From contig CAIXHE010000001.1 of NCBI GenBank assembly GCA_903919205.1, forward strand, positions 15,618 to 79,617: DNA of 64,000 bases. The letters are read 5' to 3'. The position numbers and the translations under genes are program-made. The notes below the pieces were generated by a model. That model was not told the DNA's origin and searched no databases. It was given only the letters and a program-made list of their open reading frames with translations. Origin of the DNA: an uncultured Opitutaceae bacterium. Lineage in GTDB: Bacteria > Verrucomicrobiota > Verrucomicrobiia > Opitutales > Opitutaceae. Of this stretch, positions 29,833-39,475 are shown in pieces. Numbering within the stretch: the first letter of the stretch is position 1; every line of letters starts with the position of its first letter.

Positions 29833-30672
29833 TCAGTGCCTGCGGCCGAGGAGGGTCAGGCTCAGGTCGGCCGCGGGCGCGGAGTGGGTCAGGGCGCCCA
29901 CGCTGATCACGTCGACGCCCGGAGCGGCATACGAGCGCAGCGTGTGGAGTGTCACCCCGCCCGACACCTCGACCACACACGCCCCGGCCACCACCGCCAC
30001 CGCGGCCTCGACCTGCTGCGGGCTCATGTTGTCGAGGAGCAGGGCCCCCGCTCCGGCGCGCACCGCCTCGCGCACCTCGGCCAGGGTCTTCGCCTCGACC
30101 TCGACCAGCGCCAGGTGGGGCGCGGCGGCCTTGGCCAGCTCGAGGGCACGCGAAAGAGAGCCGGCGGCGGCGATGTGGTTGTCCTTGATCAGCACATGCT
30201 CGCCGAGCGAGCTGCGGTGGTTGTGGCAGCCTCCGCAGCGGACTGCGTACTTCTCCAGGGCGCGGTATCCGGGCGTCGTCTTCCGGGTGTCGACCACGCG
30301 CACGCCCGTTCCCTCCGCCGCCTGCGCGAAGCGGCGCGAGAGGGTGGCGATCCCCGAGAGGCGCTGCAAGAAGTTGAGGGCGGTGCGCTCGGCTGCGAGG
30401 AGCGCCGCCGTGGCGCCGGAGATGCGCATGAGAGGGGCGCCCTTCCTCACCCACTGCCCGTCGCGCGCCACCGCGGTCACGCGCAGGGACGCATCGACGC
30501 GCGCGAACACCCGGGCCGCCACGTCGAGCCCGCAGACGACCAGATCCTGCCCGGCCTCGATCACGGCCCTGGACGCGTGCCCGGCCGGGAAGATGGCGCG
30601 GCTCGTGACATCTCCCAGGCCCAGGTCCTCCTCGAGCGCGAGGTCGATCAGGTGGTCAGTTCTTGGGGACAA
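29833..30672 (-). CDS. nadC: nicotinate-nucleotide diphosphorylase (carboxylating)
   Basis: DLALEEDLGLGDVTS ... TRKTTPGYR ... KDNHI ... LLDNM. The TTG start at 30672 overlaps the nadA 3' end by 17 nt. Confidence 0.9.
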   Translation of the reverse strand: MSPRTDHLIDLALEEDLGLGDVTSRAIFPAGHASRAVIEAGQDLVVCGLDVAARVFARVDASLRVTAVARDGQWVRKGAPLMRISGATAALLAAERTALNFLQRLSGIATLSRRFAQAAEGTGVRVVDTRKTTPGYRALEKYAVRCGGCHNHRSSLGEHVLIKDNHIAAAGSLSRALELAKAAAPHLALVEVEAKTLAEVREAVRAGAGALLLDNMSPQQVEAAVAVVAGACVVEVSGGVTLHTLRSYAAPGVDVISVGALTHSAPAADLSLTLLGRRH

Positions 30673-31699
30673 GCTCGAACATCCTTTCTATGCAGCGCGA
30701 GGCGCGCAGGCGCAGGTCCTCGTCAAGGGTCACGATCTGGTCCGGCCTCGGGGAGGCGAGGGCGTCGCGCACCTTCTCGAGCGAGTTGAGCTTCATGTAG
30801 GGGCACAGTCGGCAGCCGCCGATGAACCGCTTCTCGGGGGCCTCGACCTCGAGCCTCCCGACGAGCCCGCACTCCGTCAGCATGAGGTAGTACGGGGCGG
30901 CGGTCTCCTTCACGTACTTCATCATGGCTCCGGTGCTCCCGACAAAGTCGGCAGCCGACGCGACGTCCGCCGGGCATTCGGGGTGGGCCACCACCTTCAG
31001 ACCCGGGAACTGCGAGCGGGCCTGCGATATCTGCCCCGGGGTGAAGGCGTCGTGGACCATGCAGGTTCCGTCTGAGGAGAGGACGTCCTTCTTCACGCCC
31101 CGCCTGCGCAGCTCGGCCCTCAGGTTGTCCGCCATCAGGCGGTCCGGCACAAAGATCACCCGGGGCTCGGGCAGCGAGGTCACGATGTCGTACACGTTTC
31201 CCGAGGTGACGCAGACGTCGGACTCCGCCTTCACCTCGGCGGTGCTATTGATGTAGCACACGACCGGGGCGCCGGGGTGGAGGACCCTCAGCCGGCGAAC
31301 GTCGGCGCCGCTGATCGAGTCCGCGAGCGAGCATCCGGAGGCGCGGTCCGGTACGACCACCGTTGCCCCGGGTGAGAGGATCTTGGCGGTCTCTGCCATG
31401 AAAACGACGCCGGCGAACACGATGACGCTTGCCCTGGACTCGCGCGCCTTGACGCTCAGGTAGTAGGAGTCTCCCGTGAAGTCGCCGACCCCATAGATGA
31501 TCTCGGGCTCCACGTAGGAGTGGGCGAGGATGACGGCGTCCTTCTCGCGCTTCAGCCGGTTGATCTCCAGGGTGAGGGGGGCTATGGATCGGCACGTCTC
31601 GTAGTTCCACACGCGGCCCCTGGGATCGCACGCCACGTTCATGAGGGCCCTTAGGAGACGCTCCGCTTCCCGTTCAATCGCGTGCTCTTCGGCACCCAT
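30656..31699 (-). CDS. nadA: quinolinate synthase
   Basis: The internal ATG at 31699 gives MGAEEHAIERE... INRLKREKDAVILAHSYVEPEI ... VFMAETAKILSP ... an alternative ATG lies at 31642. It has three Cys-containing repeats, including CPYMK. Confidence 0.85.
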   Translation of the reverse strand: MGAEEHAIEREAERLLRALMNVACDPRGRVWNYETCRSIAPLTLEINRLKREKDAVILAHSYVEPEIIYGVGDFTGDSYYLSVKARESRASVIVFAGVVFMAETAKILSPGATVVVPDRASGCSLADSISGADVRRLRVLHPGAPVVCYINSTAEVKAESDVCVTSGNVYDIVTSLPEPRVIFVPDRLMADNLRAELRRRGVKKDVLSSDGTCMVHDAFTPGQISQARSQFPGLKVVAHPECPADVASAADFVGSTGAMMKYVKETAAPYYLMLTECGLVGRLEVEAPEKRFIGGCRLCPYMKLNSLEKVRDALASPRPDQIVTLDEDLRLRASRCIERMFELVPKN

Positions 31700-31757
31700 G
31701 GAGTGTCCACCATACTCAGGGAGCCCCGGGAGTAAAGCGCACTCGTGCCCCGGGGCC

Positions 31758-32771
31758 CTAGCCGGCGGGCAGGAAGCCGAGCGAGCGGCCGAACGCGAGG
31801 CAATCGTCGGCCGGCCGCACCCCTCCCGAGCAGGTCGGATGGGTGAGCGAGGCGGCGGCTGCGCAGACGCCCAGCTCGAGCGACCGGCCGATTGTCCAGC
31901 CCTCGTGGAGCCCGAGGAGCGTTCCCGCCGCGAACGCGTCGCCCGCTCCCACGCTGCTGGCGATCTGCGTAGTGGGGACGCGGGCGGAGCCCTGCCAGGC
32001 CGCATCGCCCGCGGGGCCGCAGGCGCAGGCGCCCTCGGGGAAATGCACGATCGCCCACTGGCGAACGCCCCTTTGCACGAGCGCCCGGGCGGCGCGCTCG
32101 GCCGCGAGCCGATCGAGCGCCGCACCGCGCCCGATCCGGATGCCGCTCAGCTGCTCGGCCTCGAAGTCGTTCACGAACAGGAAATCCACCTCGGGCAAAA
32201 CCGAGGCCACGCCCTCGCCAAAGCTGCCGGCCGCCGCGCTCACGCAGTCCACGGCGGTCGCGAGGCCCGAGGCGCGCGCGCGCCGGAGCACCTCGCGGGC
32301 CCAGGGTCTGCCGTCGGGACCGGGAGCGTCGAGGGCGTCCAGGAGCAGGAGGTAACCGAGGTAAAACAAGCGGGAGGTCTCGCCCGTGAAGTCGAAATGC
32401 CCGGGGCCGAGGAGGGCGTTCGCGCCGCGGTGGTGGAAGAACGTCCTGCGGCCCGAGCCGGCCACCGTCATGACGTCCGTGTAGCTCGTGCCCGCCCCCG
32501 CCTGCGGGCGCAGGCCTCGGGTGTCGATCCCGTGGGCGCGGCAGTCCTCGAGGATTGCACGGCCGTCGGCGTCGTCGCCCACGATGCCCACGGCAGAGAG
32601 CGGGAACGCGGCGCCCAGCCGGGAGAGGTCCTTCAGGAGGTTGTAGGGTCCGCCCCCGTTTCCCGAGACCTGGCCGACGATGTTGGCGAGCCCCTCCTCG
32701 GGCGGCCACGCGTCGAGGGTCTTCACGTGGTCGCGGATCCAGTTGCCGCCGGCGAGAATGCCCGATCGCAT
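31758..32771 (-). CDS. PfkB-family carbohydrate kinase
   Basis: NGGGPYN ... the C-terminal ATP motif VGAGDAFAAG. Length is 337 aa. Confidence 0.8.
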   Translation of the reverse strand: MRSGILAGGNWIRDHVKTLDAWPPEEGLANIVGQVSGNGGGPYNLLKDLSRLGAAFPLSAVGIVGDDADGRAILEDCRAHGIDTRGLRPQAGAGTSYTDVMTVAGSGRRTFFHHRGANALLGPGHFDFTGETSRLFYLGYLLLLDALDAPGPDGRPWAREVLRRARASGLATAVDCVSAAAGSFGEGVASVLPEVDFLFVNDFEAEQLSGIRIGRGAALDRLAAERAARALVQRGVRQWAIVHFPEGACACGPAGDAAWQGSARVPTTQIASSVGAGDAFAAGTLLGLHEGWTIGRSLELGVCAAAASLTHPTCSGGVRPADDCLAFGRSLGFLPAG

Positions 32772-32778
32772 GGTGGCT

Positions 32779-33351
32779 CTAGTCGCCGACCAGGCGGACG
32801 CGGGGCGGCTCGTCCTCCTCGATGGCGGGGAATCGCCCCACCTCGGGGTCTGCGAAGACGTTGTCGTTCTGGTCGTCGTTGGTCGTGGACACCTCGCCGA
32901 TGATGCTGTCCGGCGATGTCGGCCAGAACGAATGCCACACGCCGGGCTCGAGCGTGACCCGGGACCCCGGGGGTAGGGCGAAGACCGACCCCGTGGGGAT
33001 GTAGGTCGGGACGCCGTCTAGGGCCACGCGGGTGGTGGCGGCCAGCTCCTTGCCAGGCGCGGGCTTCGACGGCCACACCTGGAGCGCGAGCTCGCCCGCG
33101 CGGCAGATGATGTCCTCCTTCTTTCTCATGTGGGCGTGGCTCGGCGTCCGCTGGCCCCGGCGCGCGAACATGACCTTCTCGCAGTACTCGGGCTCGTTCG
33201 TGAGCGTGACGAGGGTCAGCCCGAACCGCTCGAAGTCGCCCAGACCGAAGTCGGTGATGTCCCAGCGCGGGCTCGGGGGGAGCGCCCAGTGGTGGAGTCT
33301 AAAGCACGCCAGCGCATCGCCGTAGGCCCGGTTGATGGTCGATCGCTTCAT
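32779..33351 (-). CDS. D-lyxose/D-mannose ketol-isomerase family cupin
   Basis: The internal ATG at 33351 gives MKRSTINRAY... HAHMRKKEDII ... GVWHSFW ... IGEVSTTNDDQNDNVF ... IEEDEP. It is collinear with the YdaE/Z5688-type lyxose isomerases as I recall them. Confidence 0.8.
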   Translation of the reverse strand: MKRSTINRAYGDALACFRLHHWALPPSPRWDITDFGLGDFERFGLTLVTLTNEPEYCEKVMFARRGQRTPSHAHMRKKEDIICRAGELALQVWPSKPAPGKELAATTRVALDGVPTYIPTGSVFALPPGSRVTLEPGVWHSFWPTSPDSIIGEVSTTNDDQNDNVFADPEVGRFPAIEEDEPPRVRLVGD

Positions 33352-34508
33352 GGGGCGGGCGGCGGCAGCACCACCACCGACTGCTCGCGCTGGCTTTCGA
33401 GGGCCGCGGCCCAGATCTCGTGCTGCGCCACGGCCTCGTCCGGTGTCGCGCAGCCAAAGCGGCCCCCGAGCAGCCCAGCGCGCTCGGCGAGGAAGGCGGC
33501 CCACATCTGCATCAGGATGTCGGGGAAGCCCGGCTCGAAGATGCCGCCGGTGATCGCCTTGAAGGGCATGTCGAAGCCCAGGTCGGTGCGCTCCCAGAGC
33601 TGTTCCTTGGCCCTGCGGAAGGTCCACAGCGTCTTCGGCTCCTTGGTGGAGAACCGCACCCCGTGGTCGGTCCCCGTGACCTCGAAAATCCAGGTGTTGG
33701 TCTCACCGGGCGCCATGCGCTTCATCTCAAGGGTTAGCGGCACGGCCTCTCCGGCTGCCTCAAAGGAGGCGTTGAGGACGGCGTTGTCCCAGGTGTCGCA
33801 CGGGGCGCGGCCGCCCCGGCCGTCCGGCCGGGTGTGGTAGAGCTTCTGCAGCTGCGCGTGGACCCGGGAGGGCCTCCAGCCCAGGCGCAGCGGCAGGTGG
33901 GCCACATGAAGGCCGAGGTCGTTCATCACGCCCGCCTCGCCGCAGTGGGCGCTCTGGCGCTTCCAGTTTATGGGCTTGTCGGGATCGAGATCGCTCGAGT
34001 GCAGGAAGGCGCAGCGCACGCCGATGATTCGGCCGAGGGCCCCGGAGGCTGCGAGCCGGTGGGCGCGCTGGGCTCCCGGCAGAAAGGGAAACTCGGAGGA
34101 CACCCGCACAAAGCGCCCCAGCTGGGCGGAGAGGTCGCGCAGCCGGCGGGCCGCGGCCAGGTCGATGCCGAAGGGCTTTTCCGCGAACAGATCCTTCCCG
34201 CTGCGCAGAACCTCCGTGTAGAGGGACTCGTGCGCGTCGTGCGGCACGGCCACGTAGACCACGTCGACGTCCGTGCGGGCCAGTAGGACGCGCGCATCGG
34301 TGTCGAAATGCGCCACCCCGGGCACCCTCCGGAACCAGTCGAGCGCCGCGGGGTTGGTGTCGCACACGGCGACCAACTCGGGGCGCACCGGGCAGTCGAG
34401 GAGCGCGAACCAGCGGCCGAAGGCGCTCGCCACCTCGCGGCCCATCAGCCCGGCGCCGATCACCCCGACCCTCACTGCGGGAACAGGCGCTGCTCCGTGG
34501 GTGTTCAT
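33348..34508 (-). CDS. Gfo/Idh/MocA family oxidoreductase
   Basis: The internal ATG at 34508 overlaps the upstream stop by 4 nt. It has a Rossmann motif VRVGVIGAGLMG and the EKPF motif (LFAEKPFG). Confidence 0.8.
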   Translation of the reverse strand: MNTHGAAPVPAVRVGVIGAGLMGREVASAFGRWFALLDCPVRPELVAVCDTNPAALDWFRRVPGVAHFDTDARVLLARTDVDVVYVAVPHDAHESLYTEVLRSGKDLFAEKPFGIDLAAARRLRDLSAQLGRFVRVSSEFPFLPGAQRAHRLAASGALGRIIGVRCAFLHSSDLDPDKPINWKRQSAHCGEAGVMNDLGLHVAHLPLRLGWRPSRVHAQLQKLYHTRPDGRGGRAPCDTWDNAVLNASFEAAGEAVPLTLEMKRMAPGETNTWIFEVTGTDHGVRFSTKEPKTLWTFRRAKEQLWERTDLGFDMPFKAITGGIFEPGFPDILMQMWAAFLAERAGLLGGRFGCATPDEAVAQHEIWAAALESQREQSVVVLPPPAP

Positions 34509-35335
34509 CGGAGCAGCTCGAGCGCCTTCCCTGGGCTGGCGCCCTCGTGGACGACGGCCATCAGGGCCCGGGTGATCTTGGCGGGGCTCGGGTGCTGGAT
34601 GATGTTGCGGCCGTAGACGATCCCGGAGGCGCCCTTCGCCAGGAGCCGGGCCGTGCGCTCGAGGATCTCTGCCTCGGGCGCGCGCCCCCCGCCGCGCACC
34701 AGCACGGGGATCCCCCCGGCGATCTCGATCACCCTGTGGTAGTCCTCGGTGTCGTCCGTCGGGTCGGCCTTGATGATGTCCGCGCCGAGCTCCACGGCCT
34801 GGCGCACGAGCGGTATGATCTTGGCCGGATCCCCGTCGACCATGTAGCCGCCCGCTTTCGCGTTGGGCTGGAATACGAGGGGCTCGACCATAAGGGGCAT
34901 GCCGTAGTGATCGCACTCGGCCTTCAGCCGGGTGATGTTCTGGATGCACTGGTCGACGAGGTCCGGCTGGTCGGGAATCCGGAAGAGGTTCACGACGACG
35001 CACGCGGCGTCCAGCCGCACGGCCTGGAGCACCGGCTCGGCGATCAGCCGCGAGAAGAGGACCGAGGGAAGCTCGGTTCCGTACACGTTCGCGACGTCGG
35101 TCCTCAGGACGAGCGCGGGCTTGCCCCTGACGGGTATGCGCTGGAGGTGGGGCGCCTGTCCCGCGGTCAGTTGGATGGCGTCGGGCGCCGCCTCGACGAG
35201 CGCCGCCACGGCTCGGGGGAGGTTCTCGATGCCTGAGAGGAAGGAGCCCTCGTTGAAGAAGCCGTGGTCGATCGCCACATCGAAGCATCGGCCCGTGCGC
35301 GGGTTGAAGAGTCGGTTCAGGCGTGCGGCTTTCAA
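34505..35335 (-). CDS. class I aldolase (DhnA/FbaB/LsrF family)
   Basis: RCFDVAIDHGFFNE ... GADIIKAD (Schiff-base Lys context) ... GIVYGRNI. The start is TTG at 35335. Confidence 0.8.
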   Translation of the reverse strand: MKAARLNRLFNPRTGRCFDVAIDHGFFNEGSFLSGIENLPRAVAALVEAAPDAIQLTAGQAPHLQRIPVRGKPALVLRTDVANVYGTELPSVLFSRLIAEPVLQAVRLDAACVVVNLFRIPDQPDLVDQCIQNITRLKAECDHYGMPLMVEPLVFQPNAKAGGYMVDGDPAKIIPLVRQAVELGADIIKADPTDDTEDYHRVIEIAGGIPVLVRGGGRAPEAEILERTARLLAKGASGIVYGRNIIQHPSPAKITRALMAVVHEGASPGKALELLR

Positions 35336-35351
35336 GGGAGATCGGGCGGGG

Positions 35352-37937
35352 TTAGGGGGTGGGCAGCGGCGCCGCCGCGACGTAGCGGATCTCCTTCACC
35401 GCGATCTTTCCCGCGGTGACCGAGATGAACGGCTTCCCGTCCGACACGCCCACGGTCCCGTAGCCGGTGGCCGTCGACAGGAATCCCCTGAAGTCCCCGG
35501 GCACCGCGGGTTCCAGGTGGAGGATTCCGTCGACCGCGTCGAAGCGGGCACCGCTGAGGGCCTGCAGAAGGGCGTACGAGGCCATGGCACGGGCATACCA
35601 ATGGCCCCATTCGTATTCGTCAAACGGGTTCCTGACCCTGCCGTCGTAGCGCGCGCGGCACGCCCGCACGACCTCGATGCCTTCGCCGACAAGCCCCATC
35701 ATGATCATGTGCGAGGCCGCCTGGTACTCGATGCCCGTCCAGACCTCGTGCGCATACACGAAGGGCAGCGACGGCATGCCGCCGCGTGGCCAGCTGCACA
35801 GCAGCAGGCCTCCCTCGCTTCCGTTGGCGTAGGTCCCCCGCTGCGGGTTGGCGTGCGTCGTCAGGTCGCTCTTGAAGTTGTGGCGGTGCACGGCGCCGAG
35901 GTGGCTGCGGACCTTCTCCGGGTCGAGCACCGGCCCGACGCCGCAGACAAGCGCCATCCACGAGCCGATCACCCCGTCCGAGAGGCATCCGGGCCCGTAC
36001 TGGTACTGGGGCCCCTCCCTCTCCAGGAGTGCGGCCGCCTCCGCCGAGTAGCTTTCGCCGTAGAAAGGCCCGTCCAGCGCCACCTTGGCGCGCAGGTCCT
36101 TCCATTCGACCCGCTGCTGGAAGTACTCGCCGTTGAAGAGCTCGGACTCGGTCCGGGCCACGGCCAGGCGGTGGAGCTCCCGGTACCCCTTGACGTCCTC
36201 GCCCAGGGCGGTGCCCATGTCCGCGGCGGCCTTGAGCGCGGCAGCGTACAGGCTCGATATCATCCCGTTCGGGCCCCAGAAGAGGATGTCGTAGGTGTTG
36301 TGCTGGGGCTCCTCGGGAAGGCCCTTGCGGGCGGGGTCCCAGGTCGAGATGCAGTAGTCGAGGCTCGAGCGCACCCGGGGCCAGAGGCCCCTTAGCCAGT
36401 CCGTGTCGCCGCAGATCCTCCAGTCGCGGTGCACCTTCAGGATTCCCCCCAGCTGGCCATCCGCCGCCGCATGGAAGCCGTGCTCGGTGGCCTGGATGGG
36501 CAGGGCCACTCGGAAGTTCTGGTGGCCCCGGCCGTCCTGGCCCTCCCCGAACTCCGTCTGGCGCAGGGTCCGCTCGAGGGAGGGGAACAGGTGGGCCATG
36601 GCCTGCGCGTAGTTCCAGACGTGGGTGCAGCTGCCGGGGCCCTGGGCGTTCGACTCGTCGCAGCCCTCCCAGCCCCACAGGCGCCCGTCGGCCTGCCTCA
36701 GCAGCGTCGGCGACTTGAGGATGCAGAGATTGGCCGCTGCGGCCTCCACCGCCTCGGGCGGAAGGGTCGTGTCGAAGAAGGCGCTGGAGAACCTCTCGGC
36801 GCGCCTGCGAAGCTCGAAGTAGTTATCAGACCAATACGTAGCCAGCTGGTCGACGTCCGGAAACCGTCCGGCGTACCAGGGCCGGTGGTGGTCGGAGGGC
36901 GCCGCGGGCCCCGAAGGGGCCGGCGCGATCTCCCGAAGCCGGGTTCGGGGGGCGTACCACGCGAGCCGCAGGCGAACCGTGCGGCTCGCCCCGGGCACAA
37001 GGTGGAAGGGAACGAACAGGGTGGCGCCCGTGGGGGCCTTGCCCTCGGAGGGGGCCGCCCGCTCGTAGGCCGCTCCCTGCTCGATGTCCCGCCATGCGAT
37101 CGTCTGTGCGTCGAAGAACGAGCCCCTGAACCACGCCAGGTTGACCTTCGCCTCGGGATCGTCGCAGCCGACCGAGAACCAGGCCTCCTCCTGCCCGGCC
37201 GAGGGCCACGCGGCCCCGTAGAGCACGAAGCCGTCCGCCGTCCGGCGGGCGCTTCGGGCGGGTACGGGCGCGGGGTTCCACTGCTCGGTCACGGCGGGCA
37301 GGAAGTTGCGCACGTTGAAGGAGAACACCGCGTCGACCTCCTCGTGCCCGTTGTGCGTGAACGTGTATTCGAGGCCTGCCACCGGCAGGCTTGAATTGTC
37401 CGGGTCGCCGGGCTCGAAGGGGCTCCACCCGGTGATGCGGGCGGAGAGGGGAATTGCCGGGTCGTCTAGTTCCACCCGCCCGAACGGGAAGTGGGGGCGG
37501 AAGCTCGCTCGCGCGTAGCGCGGCAGGCCGATGCCCATGGGGCCTTCGCCGCTGGCCGCGTGGCTTCGATTGTAAAGCTTCCATCGCGGCACCGGCCCCT
37601 CGACCACCCGCGCCTGCTTGCCGAGGCCGCCCAGGGAGATGGCGGCAAAGATGCCGGGCTCGTTGTGGAGGACCGGCCGGTCGCGCACGGACACATGGGT
37701 GAGGGCCCCGGTGCCCCCGAGGCAGATCATGCCGGCGCCGATGCCACCCATCGGGAACGCAACCTGGTCTAGCTGGTCGCCTGCGTAGATGTGGTCGGGC
37801 CCCCGTGCGGGGGGTGCCTCCGGTGCGGGCTCGATGCCCGCCGCGGCCCTCGCCGCGGGCGGCGCGACTGCGAGAACGCCGAGCGCGCCCGCCGTCTGGC
37901 GCAGGAATTCCCGCCGCGCGATCAGCCGGCCGTTCAT
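35352..37937 (-). CDS. glycoside hydrolase family 116 (GBA2-type beta-glycosidase), Tat-exported
   Basis: The ATG at 37937 gives MNGRLIARREFLRQTAGALGVLAVAPPAARA, a twin-arginine signal. FPMGGIGAGMICLGG matches the GH116 N-terminal domain. HNTYDILFWGPNGMISSLYAAAL and FDEYEWGHWYARAMASYALL match the catalytic (alpha/alpha)6 domain. Confidence 0.8.
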   Translation of the reverse strand: MNGRLIARREFLRQTAGALGVLAVAPPAARAAAGIEPAPEAPPARGPDHIYAGDQLDQVAFPMGGIGAGMICLGGTGALTHVSVRDRPVLHNEPGIFAAISLGGLGKQARVVEGPVPRWKLYNRSHAASGEGPMGIGLPRYARASFRPHFPFGRVELDDPAIPLSARITGWSPFEPGDPDNSSLPVAGLEYTFTHNGHEEVDAVFSFNVRNFLPAVTEQWNPAPVPARSARRTADGFVLYGAAWPSAGQEEAWFSVGCDDPEAKVNLAWFRGSFFDAQTIAWRDIEQGAAYERAAPSEGKAPTGATLFVPFHLVPGASRTVRLRLAWYAPRTRLREIAPAPSGPAAPSDHHRPWYAGRFPDVDQLATYWSDNYFELRRRAERFSSAFFDTTLPPEAVEAAAANLCILKSPTLLRQADGRLWGWEGCDESNAQGPGSCTHVWNYAQAMAHLFPSLERTLRQTEFGEGQDGRGHQNFRVALPIQATEHGFHAAADGQLGGILKVHRDWRICGDTDWLRGLWPRVRSSLDYCISTWDPARKGLPEEPQHNTYDILFWGPNGMISSLYAAALKAAADMGTALGEDVKGYRELHRLAVARTESELFNGEYFQQRVEWKDLRAKVALDGPFYGESYSAEAAALLEREGPQYQYGPGCLSDGVIGSWMALVCGVGPVLDPEKVRSHLGAVHRHNFKSDLTTHANPQRGTYANGSEGGLLLCSWPRGGMPSLPFVYAHEVWTGIEYQAASHMIMMGLVGEGIEVVRACRARYDGRVRNPFDEYEWGHWYARAMASYALLQALSGARFDAVDGILHLEPAVPGDFRGFLSTATGYGTVGVSDGKPFISVTAGKIAVKEIRYVAAAPLPTP

Positions 37938-39439
37938 CGCTGCGCCTCGGGTGCGCCAACGACGAGGGCGTTGATGCCGGCATCGAAGCCCCCGGACTGC
38001 GCGGCCTTGCCCACAACCCGTATCACGAGGGGCGCCGCGCCGGTCCCCAGGTCGACGGGGCCCAGGTCGACCTCGCGCACCGCGATGGCGGGTGCGAAGA
38101 GGTCGGCGGGATTGCCCAAGCGGCGGCCGCCCTGGAGGAACTCGACGCGGCCATGGACGGGGCCGGCGACCATCCGCGCGCGCAGGCTGAAGCGCCCCGC
38201 GGCCGGCCGCGCAAGCGGAAGGGCAAGCTCCGCACCCGCGGAGTCGACATGCCAGAAGATCGACTTTCCTCCGGACCAGCCCTGAGCGTAGTCCCACTGC
38301 CCCATGTCCTGTATCCAGAAGTCGCCGCCCGTCGCCTTGGCGCCGGCGGACAGCGCCTCGGCCTCGATGGCACCGGGGACCGAGGTCACCTCCATCGGGG
38401 GGAGGTGCGACGGCATGAGGTCCGCGGGCAGGGGCTGCGGCGCCGGCGAGGGACCCGCCAGGTAGTAGTAGGCCACCGACGAGTAGTCGGCGGTTTCCGC
38501 GTTACCGGTCCCATGCTCGATCGTGAAGCGGATGGACCGGCTGAAGGGGATGGCGTCCTCAATGTGCCAGCGGTAGGCGGACACCCTCGAGCGCGTGGTG
38601 TCCTTGATCACCACCCCGTGGTAGGGAGCCGAGTACGCGCCGCGGTCAAAGTACCAGCCCGAGCAAAAATAGTCCTCAGTCCCGGTGCCCTCGATCGCAG
38701 GCGTGCTCGACCCGTCGATGTAGACCTGCTCATTGCCCTCGAGGAAGTACAGGGCCCGGCCGGCCATGAAGAGCGCGGTGCCGACGTAGTGCCCCTCGCC
38801 GCGCGTCTCCAGGATCGTGTAGCTGCGGCCCGGGGTCGTGGGGTTCTCCCTGCGAAACTGGGCGTGGAAGTGCCGAGTCGACGCAGGCAGGGAATCGAGC
38901 GCCGTGTAGTCGATGTTGTAGTAGAACGCGTCCACCCGCCTGCCCGAGCCGTTGGTCAGGGTCCAGCGGGCCGACTTGTGAAACGGCATGGGCCAGAAAC
39001 AGTTGTAGCCACCGGACGTCTCATCCATCGGCATCGATACGTAGTCCTTCTGCTCGCCGAAGCCCACTCCGAAGAAGGCCCCTATGGGGCACTCGACGCT
39101 CGGCTCGGAGTCGCCGTCCCAGTACATCCTGAGGATCACCCGGCTGAGCACGGCGACGTCCTCGCGGGGGGCGATCGTCACCCAGAATCGGTGCACGCAT
39201 CCCGGGCCCTCATGGCTGAAGAGGGTGACCGCCTCGCCCGCCGCCAGGTGAAGGGCGTCGTCGTTCATGTGCCTGCGGTCCCAGGAGCCCTCGTGGCGCG
39301 CCGTTCCGGCGCGGGGCTGCGCGAGCCCCGAGAGGGGCGACGAGAACGCCTCGGGCTCGCCCGCGCACGGTCGCGCAAAGGCGAGGAAGACGAGGGCCGC
39401 GAGCGCGGTCGCGACAAGGGGCTTGGGTGTGCGGCTCAC
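37934..39439 (-). CDS. DUF2961 / glycoside hydrolase family 172 protein, secreted
   Basis: GTG start with a signal peptide, MSRTPKPLVATALAALVFLAFARPCAG. Motifs: GPGCVHRFWVT, RMYWDGDSEPSVECPIGAFFG, GYNCFWPMPF, LEGNEQVYIDG, GTGTEDYF. An extra C-terminal domain of about 130 aa follows. The stop overlaps the GH116 ATG (ATGA). Confidence 0.8.
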   Translation of the reverse strand: MSRTPKPLVATALAALVFLAFARPCAGEPEAFSSPLSGLAQPRAGTARHEGSWDRRHMNDDALHLAAGEAVTLFSHEGPGCVHRFWVTIAPREDVAVLSRVILRMYWDGDSEPSVECPIGAFFGVGFGEQKDYVSMPMDETSGGYNCFWPMPFHKSARWTLTNGSGRRVDAFYYNIDYTALDSLPASTRHFHAQFRRENPTTPGRSYTILETRGEGHYVGTALFMAGRALYFLEGNEQVYIDGSSTPAIEGTGTEDYFCSGWYFDRGAYSAPYHGVVIKDTTRSRVSAYRWHIEDAIPFSRSIRFTIEHGTGNAETADYSSVAYYYLAGPSPAPQPLPADLMPSHLPPMEVTSVPGAIEAEALSAGAKATGGDFWIQDMGQWDYAQGWSGGKSIFWHVDSAGAELALPLARPAAGRFSLRARMVAGPVHGRVEFLQGGRRLGNPADLFAPAIAVREVDLGPVDLGTGAAPLVIRVVGKAAQSGGFDAGINALVVGAPEAQR

Positions 39440-39475
39440 GCGGTGCGCGGGGCACGGGCTTCGGCCCGCGCCTCC

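Noticed and set aside
28328-31075. 915-aa plus-strand ORF
   Set aside because: It is antisense to nadB, nadC and nadA, all of which have clear family motifs.
31700-31757. 8-bp hairpin (GCCCCGGG ... CCCGGGGC) upstream of nadA, considered as a possible NAD-responsive riboswitch or terminator
   Set aside because: It has no U-tract, and I cannot match it to the nadA-motif riboswitch consensus from memory. It is too short and GC-generic to call.
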